From contig MNXV01000075.1 in the NCBI GenBank assembly GCA_001871575.1, positions 1-58,003 on the forward strand: 58,003 bases of DNA. The letters run 5' to 3'. Both the position numbers and the translations under genes were made by a program. The notes below the pieces were generated by a model that worked only from the letters and a program-made list of their open reading frames with translations, searched no databases and was not told the origin of the DNA. Source of the DNA: Caldisericum sp. CG2_30_36_11. Lineage in GTDB: Bacteria; Caldisericota; Caldisericia; Caldisericales; Caldisericaceae. Of the stretch, positions 54,292 to 58,003 are shown piece by piece (the first letter of the stretch is position 1; the number at the start of each line of letters is the position of its first letter).

Positions 54292-55359
54292 CTATTCTTC
54301 TAATTCTTCGAATTTTTCTTTTTGTTCTTCTTCAATCAAAGCATTTATTAACTCATCAAGGTTTCCTTCCATTATACTCTGAATGTTATAAATTGATAGG
54401 TTTATCCTGTGGTCCGTTACTCTCCCCTGGGGAAAGTTGTACGTGCGAATTCTTTCGTTCCTATAACCTCTTCCAATTTGAGCTCTTCTTGCACTTGCAA
54501 TTTCCTTCTCTTTGTCTTGTTCGAATATATCATAAAGCCTCGCCCTTAAAATTCTCATAGCTTTAAGTTTGTTCTGAAGTTGAGACCGCTCATCCTGACA
54601 AGTCACCATAATCCCCGTTGGTTTATGCACAATACGAATTGCAGTAGAAACTTTTTGTACATTTTGGCCCCCGTGTCCAGAAGCATGAAAAACATCTATC
54701 CTTAAATCATCAGGGTTTATTTCAAAGCCTACGTCTTCTGCCTCAGGCAATACTGCCACAGTAACAGTAGAAGTATGAATTCTTCCTGATGCCTCGGTCT
54801 CAGGAACTCTTTGAACTCTATGAGCACCACTTTCATATTTAAGGTACTTATACACATCTTTACCACTAATTGAAAAAATGATTTCTTTGAAACCGCCTAA
54901 GTCGGTCGAATGCGAATCGAGCAATTCTGTTTTCCAGCTCTTGTTTTCAGCATACGCCATATACATCCTAAAAAGGTCTTTTACAAAAAGCGCTGCTTCT
55001 TCTCCGCCAACTCCTGCCCTTATTTCCATAATAATATTTTTATTTTCGAAGGGGTCTTTAGGAATAAGCAGAATTTTAATTTCACTAATAATATCGTCTT
55101 TTTTGTGCTGGAGTATTTCAATTTCTTCTTTACCAAGCAATTTTAATTCTTCATCTTCACTATTTAAAAGTTCCTGGGCTCCCAGAATTTCCTGCTCAAT
55201 TTTCTTTAATTCATTATATCTTTCAACAACTGGCTTAACTTCTCTGAATTCTCTTGAATACTTTTTAAAATTTTCTGAATTAGAAATTACTTCAGGATCA
55301 GAAAGTTTTTTTGAAAGATCGTTATATCTCTTAAGAATACCTTCAAGTTTATTAATCAA
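54292..55359 (-). CDS. prfA: Peptide chain release factor 1
   Basis: PET tripeptide anticodon motif (RVQRVPETE) and [10 protein letters not shown] (GGQ). Confidence 0.95.
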   Translation of the reverse strand: MINKLEGILKRYNDLSKKLSDPEVISNSENFKKYSREFREVKPVVERYNELKKIEQEILGAQELLNSEDEELKLLGKEEIEILQHKKDDIISEIKILLIPKDPFENKNIIMEIRAGVGGEEAALFVKDLFRMYMAYAENKSWKTELLDSHSTDLGGFKEIIFSISGKDVYKYLKYESGAHRVQRVPETEASGRIHTSTVTVAVLPEAEDVGFEINPDDLRIDVFHASGHGGQNVQKVSTAIRIVHKPTGIMVTCQDERSQLQNKLKAMRILRARLYDIFEQDKEKEIASARRAQIGRGYRNERIRTYNFPQGRVTDHRINLSIYNIQSIMEGNLDELINALIEEEQKEKFEELEE

Positions 55360-55365
55360 ACTAAC

Positions 55366-55941
55366 TTACTCCTTACTAACAACATAATGATGAAGTTTGC
55401 AACGAGCCTCGTAACGCTCTGAAGCACCTATCAAAACTACTGGATCGGTATATTTAGCAGGAATACCTTCAATAAGCCTCTGAGTCATTGTGGCTTCTTC
55501 CCCGCATACCATACATATTGCATGTAATTTTATAACTTCATCAGCAATCGCCATAAGATTTCCCATTGGTCCAAAAGGCTCTCCCCTAAAATCCATATCA
55601 AGGCCCGCAAGAATAACTCTAATCCCTTTTCTTGATATCTCACGAGCAACCTTAATAATTTCCACATCATAAAATTGCGCCTCATCAATCCCAACGACAT
55701 TAATGGTACTTGACAATTTATTTAGAATTTCAATTGAACTCGAAACAGCCTCAGCCTGAATTTTCTCACCTGTATGAGAAACTACTTCGATATTAGAGAA
55801 TCTGGTATCAATAGATGGCTTAAAAACTTGAACTTGTAGTTTCGCAATTCTAGCTCTCTTTAATCTTCTTATTAACTCCTCACTTTTGCCTGAGAACATG
55901 CAGCCAGTGATTACTTCAATCTTGCCTATCTTATCGCCCAT
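55366..55941 (-). CDS. tdk: Thymidine kinase
   Basis: GCMFSGKSEEL P-loop, VGIDEAQF motif and C-terminal zinc ribbon cysteines. Confidence 0.92.
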   Translation of the reverse strand: MGDKIGKIEVITGCMFSGKSEELIRRLKRARIAKLQVQVFKPSIDTRFSNIEVVSHTGEKIQAEAVSSSIEILNKLSSTINVVGIDEAQFYDVEIIKVAREISRKGIRVILAGLDMDFRGEPFGPMGNLMAIADEVIKLHAICMVCGEEATMTQRLIEGIPAKYTDPVVLIGASERYEARCKLHHYVVSKE

Positions 55942-57286
55942 TTTCTGTAACTATACTCTTTAATAATTCTTCATTTGATTTCGTTTGAGTTAGCATTTCT
56001 ATCAATCGCTGCAAGGCTTCTGAAGGTTCGAGATTTCCAATAAATCTCCTTAGAGCCCATATTTTTTTATGCTCCTCTGGTGTATAAAGCAACTCTTCCT
56101 TTCTTGTTCCTGATTTATTTATATCCAGCGCAGGGAATATTCTTTGTTCGGCAAAGCCACGGTCAAGTATCAATTCCATATTACTTGTACCCTTAAACTC
56201 CTCGTAAATTACCTGGTCAAGCCTGGAGCCAGTATCTATTAGTGCAGTAGCTAAAATTGTAAGACTTCCTCCGTTCATAATACTTCTCGCCCCACCAAGA
56301 AATTTTTTGGGTCCTTTAATTGCAGCAGGGTCAAGCCCTCCTGAAAGGGTCTTGCCCGACGAAGAACTAAGAAGGTTGTATGCTCTTGTAAGACGCGTAA
56401 TGCCATCAAGCAAAACCACAACATCTTTTCCAGATTCAACAAGCCTTTTTGCTCTCTCAAGTACTAGTTCTACTACACGAATGTGATTTTCTGGAGGTTG
56501 ATCGAAAGTCGAGCTTACAACTTCTGCTGCAACAGAATTCTTCATATCTGTAACCTCTTCTGGCCTCTCGTCTATAAGCAATATAAGAAGTTCGATTTCT
56601 GGATAATTCTTAGAAATGCTCTTTGCAATTTCTTTAATAAGTGTAGTTTTACCGGCTTTTGGCGCAGAAACTATCAAGCCTCTCTGCCCCCTGCCCAGTG
56701 GAGCAATAAGATCAATTACACGCAGGGCAATGTTACATCCAGGTGTTTCAAGTACAATCCTGCGCGTTGGGTAGTATGGTGTTAAATTTTCAAAAATTTG
56801 CCTCTTTAAATAACCGTTAATTTTCACGCCATTAATCGAGGATACATTAACAAGAGACGGATACTTCTCATTGTCTCTTTGCGGTTTATGAACAGGCCCT
56901 GCAACAATATCTCCAGTTCTTAAACCAAATCGTCTTATAATAGGAGGCGAAACATATACGTCAGAGAATGATGGAAAATAATTAGATCTTAAAAAGCCAT
57001 AACCATCTGGATGAGCTTCAAAAAGACCCTTGAAATAAAGTTCATTTTCTACTCTTTGTTTAACATCTACATTTTGTGGTTCGTCCTCAACTCTTGATTC
57101 TGCACTCTTTTCTCTTTGATATTCCCTTAAAGCTTTTAATATCTCGTCTATTAGTTCTGGTTTTTTAAAATGAGTATAATTTTTTACTCTAAGGCCCTGA
57201 GCTATCTTATAAAGCTCCCTGGCAGTTTTCTTATCAAGCTCTTCCGCTGAAAGATTTAAAATTTCATTTATTTCTATTTCATCCAT
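55931..57286 (-). CDS. rho: Transcription termination factor Rho
   Basis: N-terminal Rho_N and CSD-like RNA-binding domain (GYGFLR), Walker A APKAGKT. Confidence 0.94.
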   Translation of the reverse strand: MDEIEINEILNLSAEELDKKTARELYKIAQGLRVKNYTHFKKPELIDEILKALREYQREKSAESRVEDEPQNVDVKQRVENELYFKGLFEAHPDGYGFLRSNYFPSFSDVYVSPPIIRRFGLRTGDIVAGPVHKPQRDNEKYPSLVNVSSINGVKINGYLKRQIFENLTPYYPTRRIVLETPGCNIALRVIDLIAPLGRGQRGLIVSAPKAGKTTLIKEIAKSISKNYPEIELLILLIDERPEEVTDMKNSVAAEVVSSTFDQPPENHIRVVELVLERAKRLVESGKDVVVLLDGITRLTRAYNLLSSSSGKTLSGGLDPAAIKGPKKFLGGARSIMNGGSLTILATALIDTGSRLDQVIYEEFKGTSNMELILDRGFAEQRIFPALDINKSGTRKEELLYTPEEHKKIWALRRFIGNLEPSEALQRLIEMLTQTKSNEELLKSIVTENGR

Positions 57287-57313
57287 ATGTCCTCCGTATT
57301 CATCTTGAGCATT

Positions 57314-57925
57314 TTATTTTAAGTATGCATCAAACTTATTTTTTATATTTATAAATGAGTTATAAAGGTTTTTGGTTTCTTCATTCGTTTTAGCAACAAA
57401 TTCACTATCTTTTATAGATTTCAGGTTAATCTGAACATTATAAAAAGCTCCCTTAAGGGCTGATTCAAGCATAATTAAGGCACAGAAGAAATCACTTTTA
57501 GTTGATTCTATTGAAAAATTATAGATTTCTTCGAGAGAGTTTGAGATTTCGCTAACTTTTTCCATTACTGTTAAAGGGACAAGGGAGGCAGATTTTAAAG
57601 TCATCTGTATTGCTTGTTTCCTTCTCTCTTTATCATTGTCTGTCGCTCTCGGAAGTCTATAAGCTTCTAAAACAGCGTCAAATGCCTTAGAATCCTCATC
57701 AGCAAGAACAAGAAATTCTTGAGAGATTCTAAAACATTTATTCATTTTTTCTTCTATTCCGCCTGGCTCAGAAGCAGTTTTAAGCGCAATTCCAGAAACC
57801 ATTGAAAGCAATGCTGCGCCCATAGCTCCACCAATTGCAGAAGCACTTCCTCCACCCGGAACAGCAGAATCAGAAGCCAATTTGGAGATAAATTCTGAAA
57901 TGCTTAAGTCGGAAAACATCTTCAC
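57314..57925 (-). CDS. Cyclodeaminase/cyclohydrolase-family protein (FtcD C-terminal domain / methenyl-THF cyclohydrolase-like)
   Basis: FISKLASDSAVPGGGSASAIGGAMGAALLSMV motif, typical of PF04961. 203 aa, all-helical. Confidence 0.75.
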   Translation of the reverse strand: MKMFSDLSISEFISKLASDSAVPGGGSASAIGGAMGAALLSMVSGIALKTASEPGGIEEKMNKCFRISQEFLVLADEDSKAFDAVLEAYRLPRATDNDKERRKQAIQMTLKSASLVPLTVMEKVSEISNSLEEIYNFSIESTKSDFFCALIMLESALKGAFYNVQINLKSIKDSEFVAKTNEETKNLYNSFINIKNKFDAYLK

Positions 57926-58003
57926 CTCACCTCTCGAATAATAATTATAATACCATTAGGTTTTATCTAAAATATTTGGGTTTCATTATGAAGTTTACAA
58001 AAA

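Noticed and set aside
57926-58003. A possible plus-strand gene start (ATGAAGTTTACAAAAA) at 57988 at the right edge.
   Set aside because: Only 16 nt are visible, there is no clear ribosome binding site, and it cannot be evaluated.

Overview
This 58-kb window comes from a low-GC, very compact bacterial chromosome; I cannot assign the organism from sequence alone. I count about 60 protein genes, one tRNA-Ser(GGA), two clearly decayed genes and one frameshifted gene. I recognised no rRNA, CRISPR array, transposase, integrase or phage gene.

Almost everything is housekeeping, arranged in long co-directional operons whose genes often overlap:
- Plus strand: pgpH-ybeY-corC-cdd-tpiA, then an MrfA-like helicase with a DUF1461 membrane protein.
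- Minus strand: queD-folE2 behind the tRNA.
- Minus strand: rpsB-tsf-pyrH-frr-uppS-dxr-rseP-ispG.
- Minus strand: cinA(PncC)-pfp-pfkA-like-sensor kinase-sigma54 activator-M20 amidohydrolase.
- Plus strand: proS.
- Minus strand: rpsA-fabZ-fabH-fabD-fabG-acpP-fabF.
- Minus strand: plsY / efp-asp23-nusB-acyP-ispA-dxs-tlyA-nadK-recN-buk-(ptb remnant)-ptb.
- Plus strand: an OmpR-type two-component pair.
- Minus strand: ftcD-rho-tdk-prfA-prmC-tsaC-def-fmt-etfB-etfA.

I do not see a convincing multi-gene novel system. The best lead is at the left edge. It is a solitary gene for an unassigned N-terminal domain fused to a McrA-type HNH nuclease (531-1469), which looks like a type IV restriction enzyme. 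It lies next to the only large non-coding gap in the window (1497-2338, 842 bp), which has a GC-richer core and could encode an RNA.

Secondary observations:
- An orphan NurA nuclease with no HerA partner.
- Tandem PPi-type and atypical ATP-type phosphofructokinases in one operon with a sigma54 two-component system, whose activator carries GAFTDA instead of GAFTGA.
- A frameshift in an A5 run of an OmpR-family regulator.
- An internally deleted ptb paralog.
- A truncated cation/proton antiporter.
- etfBA embedded in a translation-factor operon.
- A structured rpsB leader.
- Two candidate leaderless transcripts.

All product calls rest on motif recognition in the translated ORFs. No database search was possible.
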